This document shows positions 18,151 through 28,519 of a DNA stretch of 55,253 nucleotides, in pieces (within the stretch, counting starts at the first letter, position 1; each line of letters begins with the position of its first letter). The notes below the pieces were generated by a model. The model saw nothing but the letters and a program-made list of their open reading frames with translations. It was not told the origin of the DNA and searched no databases. The stretch is taken from NCBI GenBank assembly GCA_040389185.1, contig JAZKAJ010000017.1:1-55253 (forward strand), read 5' to 3'. A program made the translations under genes and the position numbers. Source of the stretch: Patescibacteria group bacterium (lineage in GTDB: Bacteria > Patescibacteriota > Minisyncoccia > Phycocordibacterales > CAIRYW01).

Positions 18151-19188
18151 TTAATTAAAAGGGTTCCAATTCCTTGTTCCCAAGATCTCAAAGTGTAGAT
18201 GAGGTCCTGTTGAGTTACCAGTGTTTCCAGACTTACCAATAGCATCGCCTTGTGACACCGTATTTCCAGCTGACACATCTACGACAGAGAGGTGAGCATA
18301 GATTGTCTGCATACCATTTGAGTGCTGAATAACGATATAGTTACCGTATCCTCCGTTATATCCACCGGTCTTCGCAACGATTACCTTGCCTCCCGCTGCT
18401 GCATATACCTGTGTTCCTACTGGAGTTCCAAGGTCAACGGCTGTTCTATATTTACCATGAAGTCCCTGAGTCTTAATGCCGCCTCGAAGTGGTCGTGTAA
18501 AGTATCCGCTTGCAGTCTTACCCACTGCAGGTTTTGTAACAGTTTTACCACCTGTTGATGTTGTAACTGACGCAGCAACTTCTCCATCTGGAATAATTAT
18601 CTCATCGCCCACAGAAACATTTGTGTCAGGCATATTATTGAAATCTTGGATCTCACTAACATCTCCATTGAATTTGGTTGCAATAGTCTTCAAAGTATCC
18701 CCTTTCTTTACAATATATTTAACCCCAGAAATAGGAAGAATAACAAGTTCTTGCCCAAGCTTGAGGTCTTTTGGGCTTTTGAGGTCGTTTGCCCACATAA
18801 TTGTGTTTGAAGTCACCCCAAACATCTGAGCAATCGATGCCAGAGAATCTCCACTTCGCACTACATACACACTTACTTTGTCACTATTAGACATCTTTTC
18901 CTCTACTTCAAGCGCCGTGCCTCCTGGTCCCGTTGGAGTTTCAAGTACACTATCGTCCACAATACTAAGATCAGTTGCCTGAGTCGGGTTTGGGTTGGTA
19001 TTCACCGCGGCTTCGAGAAGAGTCATGGTTTGTGAATTATCTTCTGATGGTGATGTTTCGATGTTTGCATTAGCACTTGGACTCACTACAGCACCACTGA
19101 TGAGTTTAGAGAAAAAAGAAAGAACACCAGCATTGGTGTTTTGTGGAGAGGCAAACAATATAACTGCAACAAAAAGGCCCACTGTCAT
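18151..19188 (-). CDS. LysM-domain M23 peptidase
   Basis: Two LysM repeats (YVVRSGDSLASIA, YIVKKGDTLKTIA) and M23 motifs (AVDLG, YAHL, STGPHLHFEI). Confidence 0.93.
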   Translation of the reverse strand: MTVGLFVAVILFASPQNTNAGVLSFFSKLISGAVVSPSANANIETSPSEDNSQTMTLLEAAVNTNPNPTQATDLSIVDDSVLETPTGPGGTALEVEEKMSNSDKVSVYVVRSGDSLASIAQMFGVTSNTIMWANDLKSPKDLKLGQELVILPISGVKYIVKKGDTLKTIATKFNGDVSEIQDFNNMPDTNVSVGDEIIIPDGEVAASVTTSTGGKTVTKPAVGKTASGYFTRPLRGGIKTQGLHGKYRTAVDLGTPVGTQVYAAAGGKVIVAKTGGYNGGYGNYIVIQHSNGMQTIYAHLSVVDVSAGNTVSQGDAIGKSGNTGNSTGPHLHFEILGTRNWNPFN

Positions 19189-19431
19189 GACAGAGGCTGT
19201 GGCTTTTTTAGCTAGGGAGCAAGAACGGATTATAAAGTCTTTGCGTGTATCAAGAGAGTAAATAAGTTTAAATTTAGTGGTAATTCTGGTATTTCAGAAA
19301 ATAATAGCTACATGAAGCCATTTGGGCGAATCGGGAGTATGTCACACATATAATAGTATCGAATGAGCTTTTTTAGTCAACGGGGAGGAAATATGCCTGT
19401 GGATAGCCGAATCCGTGATATATTTTAAAGC

Positions 19432-21399
19432 ATGGAAACACAAAATGAACCTTCATATCTTAAAACCCTAAATACCCCACAAAAACAAGCTGTTTTGACC
19501 ACTGAGGGACCGCTTTTGATCCTTGCGGGAGCTGGAGCGGGCAAAACAAAGACAATTACCCACCGAATCTTGCACATAATAAAACAGGGCAATAGACCTT
19601 CGTCAATACTCGCTATCACTTTTACCAACAAATCGGCAAGTGAAATGAGAGAACGAGTCAGACGGCTTCTCGAAGAGGACCGTGCCTTGAATCAGCCAGT
19701 TTCAATGGACGAAACTCCTTTCGTTTCAACCTTTCACTCGCTCGGAGTTCGAATGATCAAAGAAAATTCCGAGTTTTTTAATCTCCCAAGACACTTCGGG
19801 ATCTTTGATAAAGGTGATTCTAAATCCGCAATTAAAGCGGCACTAGAAAATCTCGGCATTGACCCAAAGACCAACGAGCCTGCCAAGTTTATGCACTTCA
19901 TCTCAAACCAAAAAGGGGGTGGGGTAACATTTGAGGAGTTCGACAACAAAAATCCAAAAGGGTATTTCGAGGAGACCGTTGCCAAGGTCTGGAAAGAATA
20001 TGAACACACATTAAAAACCGAGAAGGCTCTCGATTTTGACGATCTACTCTTGAAGACCCTGAAGCTTCTCCAAGATCCTGAGATCCTTGCAAGGTATCAG
20101 AATCGTTGGAAATACATTCACATTGACGAGTATCAAGATACCAACAAAGTTCAGTACGACATTGCAAAACTTCTTGCAGGTAAGCACCAAAATATCGCGG
20201 TAGTGGGAGATATCGATCAATCAATCTACAGTTGGAGAGGAGCCGACTTCAAAAATATTATGCGATTTGAGAATGACTACAAAGATGCAACAACAATCCT
20301 TCTTGAGCAAAATTACCGTTCAACAAAAACAATTCTTACTGTCGCAAACACAGTCATCGCCAAGAACGTAATGCGAAAAGACAAAAATCTCTTTACTGAG
20401 AACGAAGACGGCGATCAGATTTCACTCTATATCGCAGGAGACGAAAAAGATGAGGCAAACTTCATTGCGCGAACTGCAAAGATGCTCGTAAGCCAAGGAG
20501 TATCGCCATCTGAGATTGCGGTGCTCTATCGTGCCAACTTTCAATCACGAGTAATCGAAGAAGCCTGTATCAAAAAGGAATTAGCATACGAACTTATTGG
20601 TACAAAATTCTTTGAGCGAAAAGAAGTGCGAGAAGTGCTCGCATATATAAAAGGGGCTTTGAATCCTGATTCACTTTCTGATCTAAAACGAATCATCAAT
20701 GTACCTGCACGAGGAATCGGCAAGGTCACAATGCTCAAAATCTTTGAAGGAGGTGAACATGAGCTTACAGGAGCCGTAAAGATTAAAATCGAAAAATGGC
20801 GATCATTGCTCCAAGAAATAAAGCTCAAATCAGAAACAGTAAATCCAAGCGAAGTAGTAAAATTCGTCATCAAACATTCAGGACTCGAGAATATGTATAT
20901 GGATGACAAAATAGAAGGAGCAGAGAGACTTGAAAACATTCGTGAGCTCGTAACGATCGCAACAGGATACGATAACTATGAAATAGGAGAGGGAATAGAA
21001 AAGTTCTTGGAACACACTGCACTTTCGAGTGATCAAGATGAGGTAGACAAAAAAGTCGGAGTGAAGCTTATGACCATCCACGCATCAAAGGGATTGGAGT
21101 TTGATTACATATTTATCGGCGGGCTCGAACAAGGGCAATTCCCAAGCGAACGATCAAGCAAGGCAGCAAGTAAAGAAGATAGCGAAGAGGAGCGAAGACT
21201 ATTCTATGTCGCACTCACAAGAGCCAGAAAGAAAATCTATCTTGCATATACACAGATGCGAACGATCTATGGATCAAGACAAATCAATGTTCCATCAGAA
21301 TTTATTGCGGATATTGGGGAAGAATTCCTTCAATACGAAAATGGCGCACCAGATGATCATGTGGATTGGAGTAAGGGACTATTACAACTCGATTTTTAA
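19432..21399 (+). CDS. pcrA: UvrD/PcrA superfamily 1 DNA helicase
   Basis: AGAGAGKT, TFTNK, DEYQD, VGDIDQSIYSWRGA, TIHASKGLEF, EERRLFYVALTRA. Confidence 0.93.
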   Translation: METQNEPSYLKTLNTPQKQAVLTTEGPLLILAGAGAGKTKTITHRILHIIKQGNRPSSILAITFTNKSASEMRERVRRLLEEDRALNQPVSMDETPFVSTFHSLGVRMIKENSEFFNLPRHFGIFDKGDSKSAIKAALENLGIDPKTNEPAKFMHFISNQKGGGVTFEEFDNKNPKGYFEETVAKVWKEYEHTLKTEKALDFDDLLLKTLKLLQDPEILARYQNRWKYIHIDEYQDTNKVQYDIAKLLAGKHQNIAVVGDIDQSIYSWRGADFKNIMRFENDYKDATTILLEQNYRSTKTILTVANTVIAKNVMRKDKNLFTENEDGDQISLYIAGDEKDEANFIARTAKMLVSQGVSPSEIAVLYRANFQSRVIEEACIKKELAYELIGTKFFERKEVREVLAYIKGALNPDSLSDLKRIINVPARGIGKVTMLKIFEGGEHELTGAVKIKIEKWRSLLQEIKLKSETVNPSEVVKFVIKHSGLENMYMDDKIEGAERLENIRELVTIATGYDNYEIGEGIEKFLEHTALSSDQDEVDKKVGVKLMTIHASKGLEFDYIFIGGLEQGQFPSERSSKAASKEDSEEERRLFYVALTRARKKIYLAYTQMRTIYGSRQINVPSEFIADIGEEFLQYENGAPDDHVDWSKGLLQLDF

Positions 21400-21571
21400 T
21401 AGAACTCACGCACTCATATAATAATCAAAGTGAAAAGCAAATTATTATATTCGCCGAAGGTTTAGCAAATTTCGTTGTCTTTTCTCCGATGTGATTTTCC
21501 ATCGTATATCCAATACGACTACAAACTCCATCTCGAAAATACTTAGAAATTTGCTAAATGCGAGAGTTCTA
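21400..21571. repeat. Inverted-repeat-bounded intergenic element (MITE-like)
   Basis: TTTAGCAAATTTC (21461-73)/GAAATTTGCTAAA (21546-58) with 72-nt spacer; outer pair TAGAACTCACGCA (21400)/TGCGAGAGTTCTA (21559) with one mismatch. Confidence 0.7.
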
Positions 21572-21574
21572 TGG

Positions 21575-21613
21575 AATTAAATGCACCGTGGCTACGCCAC
21601 GGTGCATTTAATT
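21575..21613. terminator. GC-rich palindromic terminator (GCACCG family)
   Basis: AATTAAATGCACCGTGGC-TAC-GCCACGGTGCATTTAATT. Confidence 0.85.
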
Positions 21614-21624
21614 TTAAAACAAGT

Positions 21625-23091
21625 TTAAATATTTTCTGTAATTCCCGTCTCAAAATTATATTTTGTTTTCTTATTTAAGAACCCTGAAATCAAACAAACG
21701 CCAAGACCGATAAATACACTCAAAATGGATGACAAAACTATCAGATCAATATTTTCTTTTATGTTTGCATAAATTGAGAGAGGTAATCCAAATATAAGTG
21801 ATAGGACAACACCCAGAAATGCACCTTGTTTTGTTAACCTGTTCCAACACAAACTCAAAACCGTAGGGAAGAATGCGGCTGAAGCTAATGCTCCGTATAT
21901 AAGAAATACCCAAAGCAGTTTTGGCTGTAGGAGCGCAATTATCATTCCCACAATTGCCATAACAAACATAAACACCCTAGAAACACTGAGTATTTTTTTA
22001 TCAGATGCCTCAGCATTAAAATATTTTTTATAAATATCAATGCTCCCGAGAGAACTTATCGCGCAATACGCGGAATCAATGGTTGACGCTAGGGCTGCAA
22101 AAGCCATGAATAAAAACATAACAAGTGCCGCTTTTGGAAGAAAATAAGCTATAACTAAAGGACCTACCATTTGAGGATCCGCTACTGGGATAAGCGAACT
22201 AAATTTTGGGTTCGCAGCAATAAAACCAAGTAGAGACAATATAATTGGAACAACACCAAAGATCAGACCGCCAACAACAAATGTTTTAACAATATCTTTG
22301 TATTTTGAAGCATAAACCCTTTGAAAGAACATTTGGTCTCCGAGCGGACCTGAAATGAGTCCAAAAGTCATTGCGATACCAAAGGAATATGCAATCCAAG
22401 GATTAAAAATGTTTCCATATTCACCCGTGATTCCGGATAACCCACCTGTGATCGATGAAATTCCTCCCGCTTTTACGATTACCCAAGGAATTAGAACGAA
22501 GCAAAATAAAAGTATCATGCCCATCTGAACAATATCAGTAATGATTGAGGCTTCTAATCCACTTATTATTGCGTAGACAAGTACTGCAATAGTCATACAT
22601 GAAACAGCAATGTGAAAGTTTATGCCAGTCAGAATACTTAGAAGTATACCGCCTGCTAATGTGTTAATAATGATTGCTCCAAGCTGGTACCCAAAAAATA
22701 TTGCCAAAAATGATAAATGGGTTTTTTTATCGTTGTCATATCTCTTTAAGATAAATTCTGGAAGAGTATAGCCATTTGGGAAAAGACGGCGAAGCCTGAT
22801 AGCAAGCGGTGCAAAGACAAAGAAACATATTATATTTGGAGCAATGAACCAAAATGCGCCTGCAATACCTTTGGTATATGATTGTAGGGAAGCGATAAAT
22901 ACAGCTGGCGCCCAAATCCAACTCACTGCAATACTGAGTGATCCTCTCCACCAACTCACATCTCTTCGCGCGACCAAAAACGCTTCTTTTGAATTAAATT
23001 GATTTCTAGTAAGAAAAATAACAAGGACTACCATAGCAATGGTAAACACTAGTAAAGTAATAAATCCCTCTTTTTGCGAAAGTAGATTCAT
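21625..23091 (-). CDS. Sodium:solute symporter (SSS) family transporter
   Basis: About 13 TM helices; SIAVSWIWA, YTLPEFI..RY, DQMFFQRVYA, ALASTIDS motifs typical of SSS proteins. Confidence 0.85.
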   Translation of the reverse strand: MNLLSQKEGFITLLVFTIAMVVLVIFLTRNQFNSKEAFLVARRDVSWWRGSLSIAVSWIWAPAVFIASLQSYTKGIAGAFWFIAPNIICFFVFAPLAIRLRRLFPNGYTLPEFILKRYDNDKKTHLSFLAIFFGYQLGAIIINTLAGGILLSILTGINFHIAVSCMTIAVLVYAIISGLEASIITDIVQMGMILLFCFVLIPWVIVKAGGISSITGGLSGITGEYGNIFNPWIAYSFGIAMTFGLISGPLGDQMFFQRVYASKYKDIVKTFVVGGLIFGVVPIILSLLGFIAANPKFSSLIPVADPQMVGPLVIAYFLPKAALVMFLFMAFAALASTIDSAYCAISSLGSIDIYKKYFNAEASDKKILSVSRVFMFVMAIVGMIIALLQPKLLWVFLIYGALASAAFFPTVLSLCWNRLTKQGAFLGVVLSLIFGLPLSIYANIKENIDLIVLSSILSVFIGLGVCLISGFLNKKTKYNFETGITENI

Positions 23092-23201
23092 AAGATATTT
23101 TTATTAGATTTATCATACTTACTTATTATGAGTGGCAAATAGCACTCGCGAGTGGTAGTTATCACCTTTACAAAAATACCCTTGCGCTGTAATATCAAAA
23201 T

Positions 23202-23957
23202 ATGAAATACAGTGACGTATTCGAAAAACTAGGACTATCTAAAAATGAAGCCAAGATCTACGAGGTCTTGCTGACTTTTGGCGAACAGGGCGTTGGGGCA
23301 ATATCTGAAAAATCTGGCGTTCATAGGAGAAATGTATACGACTCACTCAATAGACTCATGGAGAAAGGACTTGCAACTGAGATCATAGAATCGAGCGAAA
23401 ACAGATACCAAGCATCCGAACCAAAGAAACTTTCTGAGGACCTGGCGGGCAAATTTGAGATGCTTGATAATGTAATGCCTGAACTCGATAAACTATATTT
23501 TTCCACACCAACAGAATATCGAGTCCATACCTACAAAGGGGCAGAAGGGTGGAAACAGTACATGAAGGATATTTTAAAAACGGGTGAAGATTTTTATTCT
23601 ATCGGCGCCGAAGGTGCATGGCTCGATGAGCGAGTAAAATCATTTTTCCCTGGATTCCTTGAGCAAATCAAAAAGAAAAAAATCAAAATGCATCATCTAT
23701 TTGACTTTGATGTTAAAGAAAGTAATCATCCTATTATAAAAATGGTTGGAGAGAATTTCAAATTTATCCCTAAAAAATATGCCGCCAATTCGGGAATTGA
23801 CGTCTTTGGTGATAGAGTAAACATCTTACATCACTTATACCTAGGACAAGTAGGAAATCCCGAAGAAATAATGTTTACCGTAATCGTCAATAAAAACCTC
23901 GCAGACTCATACCGAACTTGGTTTAAATTTATGTGGGATTCTTGTGATAAAAACTAA
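23202..23957 (+). CDS. TrmB-family transcriptional regulator
   Basis: LGLSKNEAKIYEVLL...HRRNVYDSLNRL wHTH; YKGAEGWKQY domain. Confidence 0.87.
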   Translation: MKYSDVFEKLGLSKNEAKIYEVLLTFGEQGVGAISEKSGVHRRNVYDSLNRLMEKGLATEIIESSENRYQASEPKKLSEDLAGKFEMLDNVMPELDKLYFSTPTEYRVHTYKGAEGWKQYMKDILKTGEDFYSIGAEGAWLDERVKSFFPGFLEQIKKKKIKMHHLFDFDVKESNHPIIKMVGENFKFIPKKYAANSGIDVFGDRVNILHHLYLGQVGNPEEIMFTVIVNKNLADSYRTWFKFMWDSCDKN

Positions 23958-23958
23958 T

Positions 23959-24735
23959 ATGATATATGCAAAAAAATCACTAGGACAAAATTTTCTAAAA
24001 TCAGGGAGCGCGCTCCGGGCCATTATTGTCGCAGGAGATATAAAGCCCGGAGATACAATACTTGAAATTGGTCCGGGAAAGGGGGCACTCACCGCAAAAA
24101 TTCTTGAAACTGGCGCAAAGGTGATCGCAGTAGAAAAAGACAGAGAACTTATCCCGTATCTTGAAGTAAAATTTGCAAAAGAAATAGAATCAAAACAATT
24201 AACATTAATCGAGGGAGACATTTTAGAATTAAGCGCAAAACAAATTCTTGGGAATATTACTTCATACAAGCTGATTGCCAATATTCCTTACTACATCACG
24301 GGGGAAATCATTCGAAAATATTTTGAGGAGAATATTCAGCCAGAAAAGATGGTGCTTCTTGTACAAAAAGAGGTGGCGCTTCGAATCGTTGCTCGAGATA
24401 ATAAAGCAAGCATTTTATCCATAGCCTGCAAAGCATATTCGACTCCTCGATATGTTCAAACGGTCAAACGAGATGCATTTAACCCGGCTCCAAATGTCGA
24501 TTCTGCTATTATTGCTTTTGAAAATATCAATAAAGAATTATTTAAAAAGAGAAATACAGACGAGTCACGATTCTTTGAGATAATGAAGCTCGGCTTTGCT
24601 CATAAGCGTAAAAAATTAGGAGGAAATCTAAAAGAAATCGCAAATACACTTAATCAAATCAAACTCGAAGAGATCAAAGACAAAAGACCAGAAAATCTCA
24701 TTGTTAGAGATTGGATAGACCTCATTCAGAAGTAA
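23959..24735 (+). CDS. rsmA: 16S rRNA m6,2A dimethyltransferase KsgA/RsmA
   Basis: KKSLGQNFL, LEIGPGKG, IANIPYYIT, LLVQKEVA, PAPNVDSA; ATG 23959 follows the TrmB stop by 1 nt. Confidence 0.95.
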   Translation: MIYAKKSLGQNFLKSGSALRAIIVAGDIKPGDTILEIGPGKGALTAKILETGAKVIAVEKDRELIPYLEVKFAKEIESKQLTLIEGDILELSAKQILGNITSYKLIANIPYYITGEIIRKYFEENIQPEKMVLLVQKEVALRIVARDNKASILSIACKAYSTPRYVQTVKRDAFNPAPNVDSAIIAFENINKELFKKRNTDESRFFEIMKLGFAHKRKKLGGNLKEIANTLNQIKLEEIKDKRPENLIVRDWIDLIQK

Positions 24736-24760
24736 GAATTGTTTGTGATATAATTCATAC

Positions 24761-26200
24761 ATGTTTTCAAAAAGAACTTTCGCTATTTTAGCTATTTCAC
24801 TTTTTACCATTTCACTCGGAGGATTTGCAAAAGCTGCAAGTATCATTCCCCAAGGTTTTTTGTTTCAGCAAAATATTAAAATGGGTGCTACGCTAGTGCC
24901 TGATGTAAGCTACCTCCAAAACTTCCTTAACCAAAATTCCATTACTCGAGTCGCAGATACCGGACCCGGTTCAGACGGAGAACTCACCAACTACTTTGGG
25001 CAAAAAACCCTTGATGCAGTAATGCGATTCCAAAATTTATATAGTTCAGAAATACTAATTCCTGCCGGCATCACAGTTCCAACTGGTTTTTTTGGTGAAA
25101 ATACAAGAAAAAAAATAAATGCTCTTTTAGCAACTCAAGGGGGTGGCGCACCACAACCTGTAGCTCAAAACACATCTATAACTACAGTTGAAGCTTCATC
25201 AACAGATCCTTCAACGATCGATACAAGTAATTATCCTCTCATTGCTGCCGTAGTACCAAATGGCACCAACAATCCAAATGATACAATCAGCATCTATGGA
25301 TATGGATTCACAAATGCGAACAATACAATAATGAGTAGTCTTGGAATAATTACAGGTCTCACTTCATCAAATAACACAATTACATTTAAATTGAGCGACT
25401 TCGTCTCATTTGATAGTTTAGACAATTCAATGAATCCTGGGGATGCTAATACAATTCTTATAAAAATAAGAAACTCGAATGGAATAAGTATTGAAACGGG
25501 CGCAATAATCTATCAAAAGAAAACTTCTTCGACAGATGTATTCGACTATACCGAAGATATTGTTTCAACCACAACAGTTGATGAGGATGGCGCAACAACA
25601 ACAGAGTCAGGCACATCAGTAAACTCATTAGGACTTGTGACGCAAGCGGCGACTTATGATGCAGGACTACAAGGCTCTATTCAAGCAATCAAACTTGTAT
25701 CCAGTGTTGATCCATTAGCAGCGCAGATGAGTAAAATTGATCCTATATATAGTATGTTTGGGGGAAGTTCCTCTGGTGGAGGTGCTCTTGGTGGTGCATT
25801 AGGAGGTGCAGCTGGGGGGGCGCTGGGAGGTGGGGGTGGTGGTGGAGGCGCAGGTGGCACGAGTGGAGGTGGTGGAATGTCAAATGTAAATAATGGCGGC
25901 GGAAACTTTAGCGGCAATATTACATACTGTACTTGTAGTGGTGGTGAATTGATTCAACAAGCAGATGTGCGAGGTGGTACTAGAAATATATTTTATAGAT
26001 ATGGAGCCTCAAGAAATAATGAAGATTACAATGTTTATACTAATGTAAATCAAAACTATATCGAAGGATTAACAAAAGAGACCGTCCAATGCCAAGTTTA
26101 TAATGGTGAGAGTTGTACTACAGAGGGAACAGCAGATTGGGTAATTGACTTTCCTCGTGGTATTGGTACAAGTTTGACTGGATCAGGTGTTGGGATGTAA
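24761..26200 (+). CDS. Secreted protein with peptidoglycan-binding (PGBD-like) domain, Gly-rich linker and Cys-containing C-terminal domain
   Basis: Signal peptide; DVSYLQNFLN...YFGQKTLDAVMRFQ; poly-Gly tract; CTC...C...C at the C-terminus. Confidence 0.7.
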   Translation: MFSKRTFAILAISLFTISLGGFAKAASIIPQGFLFQQNIKMGATLVPDVSYLQNFLNQNSITRVADTGPGSDGELTNYFGQKTLDAVMRFQNLYSSEILIPAGITVPTGFFGENTRKKINALLATQGGGAPQPVAQNTSITTVEASSTDPSTIDTSNYPLIAAVVPNGTNNPNDTISIYGYGFTNANNTIMSSLGIITGLTSSNNTITFKLSDFVSFDSLDNSMNPGDANTILIKIRNSNGISIETGAIIYQKKTSSTDVFDYTEDIVSTTTVDEDGATTTESGTSVNSLGLVTQAATYDAGLQGSIQAIKLVSSVDPLAAQMSKIDPIYSMFGGSSSGGGALGGALGGAAGGALGGGGGGGGAGGTSGGGGMSNVNNGGGNFSGNITYCTCSGGELIQQADVRGGTRNIFYRYGASRNNEDYNVYTNVNQNYIEGLTKETVQCQVYNGESCTTEGTADWVIDFPRGIGTSLTGSGVGM

Positions 26201-26235
26201 AAAATAGAAATTAAATCATTATCGATATATAATGT

Positions 26236-27207
26236 ATGGTAATGATAATCAAAAAACCTAGCAAAAAAATAATTGTTCTTATTGTATGTGCGCTTGTAAT
26301 TATCTCGCTTGCTGTATATAGCAAGATTCACACTAATTCAAAAACTATCACGGTCCAGTCGTCGACTGAACAAGAACAATACACCGATATTCAATACAGC
26401 AATGAAACTGACGCGGAGAAAAATATTTCCGCACTTGATACTGATGGTGACGGACTCCCTGATTGGCAAGAAATAATTACAAATACTGATCCACACAATA
26501 CTGATACAGATGGTGATGGAACACCTGATGGAAAGGAATTAGACCTTGGGCGTGATCCTACGATTGCTGGTCCAAACGATAAGCTCGATAATTCAAAGCT
26601 ATCAAAGACAAGCGATGAATCAACAACAACTCCGACAATCTCAGAACAAATTTCCAAAAATCTTTTTGCAAATGCGGTGTATCTTTCAAATAATGACAGC
26701 ATGACGAGCGACAATGTCGATACGCTAGTAGGCAATCTCGTGAATGGTGTTCAAAATAACTTTACGTTTAAAGAATACCTCGCAAATAATCTGCCAATCA
26801 CAGTACACGCAACAACTGACGATATAAGATTCTTTGCGTCAGTCTTTGCAACGCTTCAGATGCAGCTATTGAATAATCTTTCAACAAACAGTGACCCAGA
26901 AGCACTGGCAAAAATATATGGTGACCACGCACAAAGTCTCTATGAAACAAAGACCCCGAGCGATATCGCTGATACTGAACTTCAGGTAATAAACAATTTT
27001 AGCGAAGTGTCTTCTGCATTTGATGCATTTTCAAAACAGGAACAGGATCCTTTTAAATTGCCTCTGGCCGTCAAAGCATACCAGGATGCGGGTAGCACGC
27101 AGTCTGATCTTGTAATTAAAATTGGTGAATATCTAAACAAGAATGGTATAATAGATCTGCTTGATGATAATGCTCGCAACTATTGGACACTTGTGATCAC
27201 ACAATAA
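26236..27207 (+). CDS. Membrane-anchored protein with Ca-binding DxDGDG (thrombospondin type 3-like) repeats
   Basis: N-terminal TM; DTDGDGLPDWQE and DTDGDGTPDGKE; start may be ATG 26242. Confidence 0.75.
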   Translation: MVMIIKKPSKKIIVLIVCALVIISLAVYSKIHTNSKTITVQSSTEQEQYTDIQYSNETDAEKNISALDTDGDGLPDWQEIITNTDPHNTDTDGDGTPDGKELDLGRDPTIAGPNDKLDNSKLSKTSDESTTTPTISEQISKNLFANAVYLSNNDSMTSDNVDTLVGNLVNGVQNNFTFKEYLANNLPITVHATTDDIRFFASVFATLQMQLLNNLSTNSDPEALAKIYGDHAQSLYETKTPSDIADTELQVINNFSEVSSAFDAFSKQEQDPFKLPLAVKAYQDAGSTQSDLVIKIGEYLNKNGIIDLLDDNARNYWTLVITQ

Positions 27208-27208
27208 A

Positions 27209-28456
27209 ATGAAATTTTCTTACAAACAAAAAATATTTCTCTCTTGTTTTGTTTTTTTACTTTATTTTATTTTTCCTAAACCTGTAACATTTGCAGCTTG
27301 TGAGCCAGGTGTAGACTGTAGTGATGCTCGAACAGCACAATATGACGCCAATACCGCAGCTGCTAATAGTAATACAACATCTTCTTCCCAATCCTCGAGT
27401 GGCTCATCCTCTGGGAGTAGTAGTCTTTACAGCGCAATAGGGGGAACTGCAACCTGTTCAGCCGGTCAGATTCTCGGAAGAATCATCGGGAGCGCAGTAG
27501 GGCAAGCAATCGGTGGTATGACACGAAGTCTCACAAGTAGTGCTGTAAGCACAGTTAAAAATCTACTCAAAGTCCCAGTTAACGATAGTGAAGTACAAAA
27601 AGGCACGGATGCAGCAGCACAAAACTCAGCGGCACTTAGAAACAAAACAGTTGGGGGAGGTAACCCTGGTGGAGGAATTCTTGCTGGAATCGTCAATAGC
27701 ATCAACAGTGTTTCGTGGGACTCGGTCATGTTTTGTATGGTGAACCAAATGCTCACCTATATCACTCAATCAACTGTTCAGTGGATCAATAGTGGATTCA
27801 AGGGTAATCCCGTATTCGTTCAAAATATTGGCGCAATGTTTCAACAAATTGAAAACGGGGAGAAAACTCGGTTTATTGGGGAAATAAAAGCAGGATTTAA
27901 AAACGGTCAAAATAGCGGTATAAATGGTATCGCAAATGGTACATATCAGATCGCGCAACCATTCCGAAACGGTGTCTATAACACAATTGCAGGATACGAC
28001 ACCAATAATCCTTTTGCGAGCGTCCCACAAATGAGTCCACAGCTTCAGCAAAATTGGAGCGCATTCGCGAATGGTCAGACACTTGTTAAGGGTGGGGGAT
28101 CTGCTGGATTAATGCAGGCAGCATTAACTAACCCATGGAACACTAATCGTGCAGCACAAGTAGCAATTGATCAACAATTGGCACAAGCCCGGATGATCCA
28201 ACAAAGCCAGATTCAAAACGGATATCAATCATTCTATACATGTAAACCGGGCCAGACACAAGCAAACGGATATTGTCCACCTCAAAGCAGAATTGTGACA
28301 GCTCCAGCGCAGGGAATCATCAACGAGACAAACAACATATCAAATATGAAATATATGCGTATCTCATTTGCAAAAGACTTTGACTCTATAGTGAGCGCCC
28401 TCGTCAATCAGCTCGTAAAGGTTGCGGTCAATAAAGTATTTGAGGCGACCAAGTAA
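27209..28456 (+). CDS. Secreted/membrane hypothetical protein of the T4SS-like cluster
   Basis: Signal-like N-terminus, Ser-rich linker, 415 aa, 1-nt gap from the previous gene. Confidence 0.7.
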   Translation: MKFSYKQKIFLSCFVFLLYFIFPKPVTFAACEPGVDCSDARTAQYDANTAAANSNTTSSSQSSSGSSSGSSSLYSAIGGTATCSAGQILGRIIGSAVGQAIGGMTRSLTSSAVSTVKNLLKVPVNDSEVQKGTDAAAQNSAALRNKTVGGGNPGGGILAGIVNSINSVSWDSVMFCMVNQMLTYITQSTVQWINSGFKGNPVFVQNIGAMFQQIENGEKTRFIGEIKAGFKNGQNSGINGIANGTYQIAQPFRNGVYNTIAGYDTNNPFASVPQMSPQLQQNWSAFANGQTLVKGGGSAGLMQAALTNPWNTNRAAQVAIDQQLAQARMIQQSQIQNGYQSFYTCKPGQTQANGYCPPQSRIVTAPAQGIINETNNISNMKYMRISFAKDFDSIVSALVNQLVKVAVNKVFEATK

Positions 28457-28519
28457 TTAAAACAAAAAACTGTGGGAGGTACTCCTCACAGTTTTTTTTA
28501 TTTTGTATCACAATAGATC

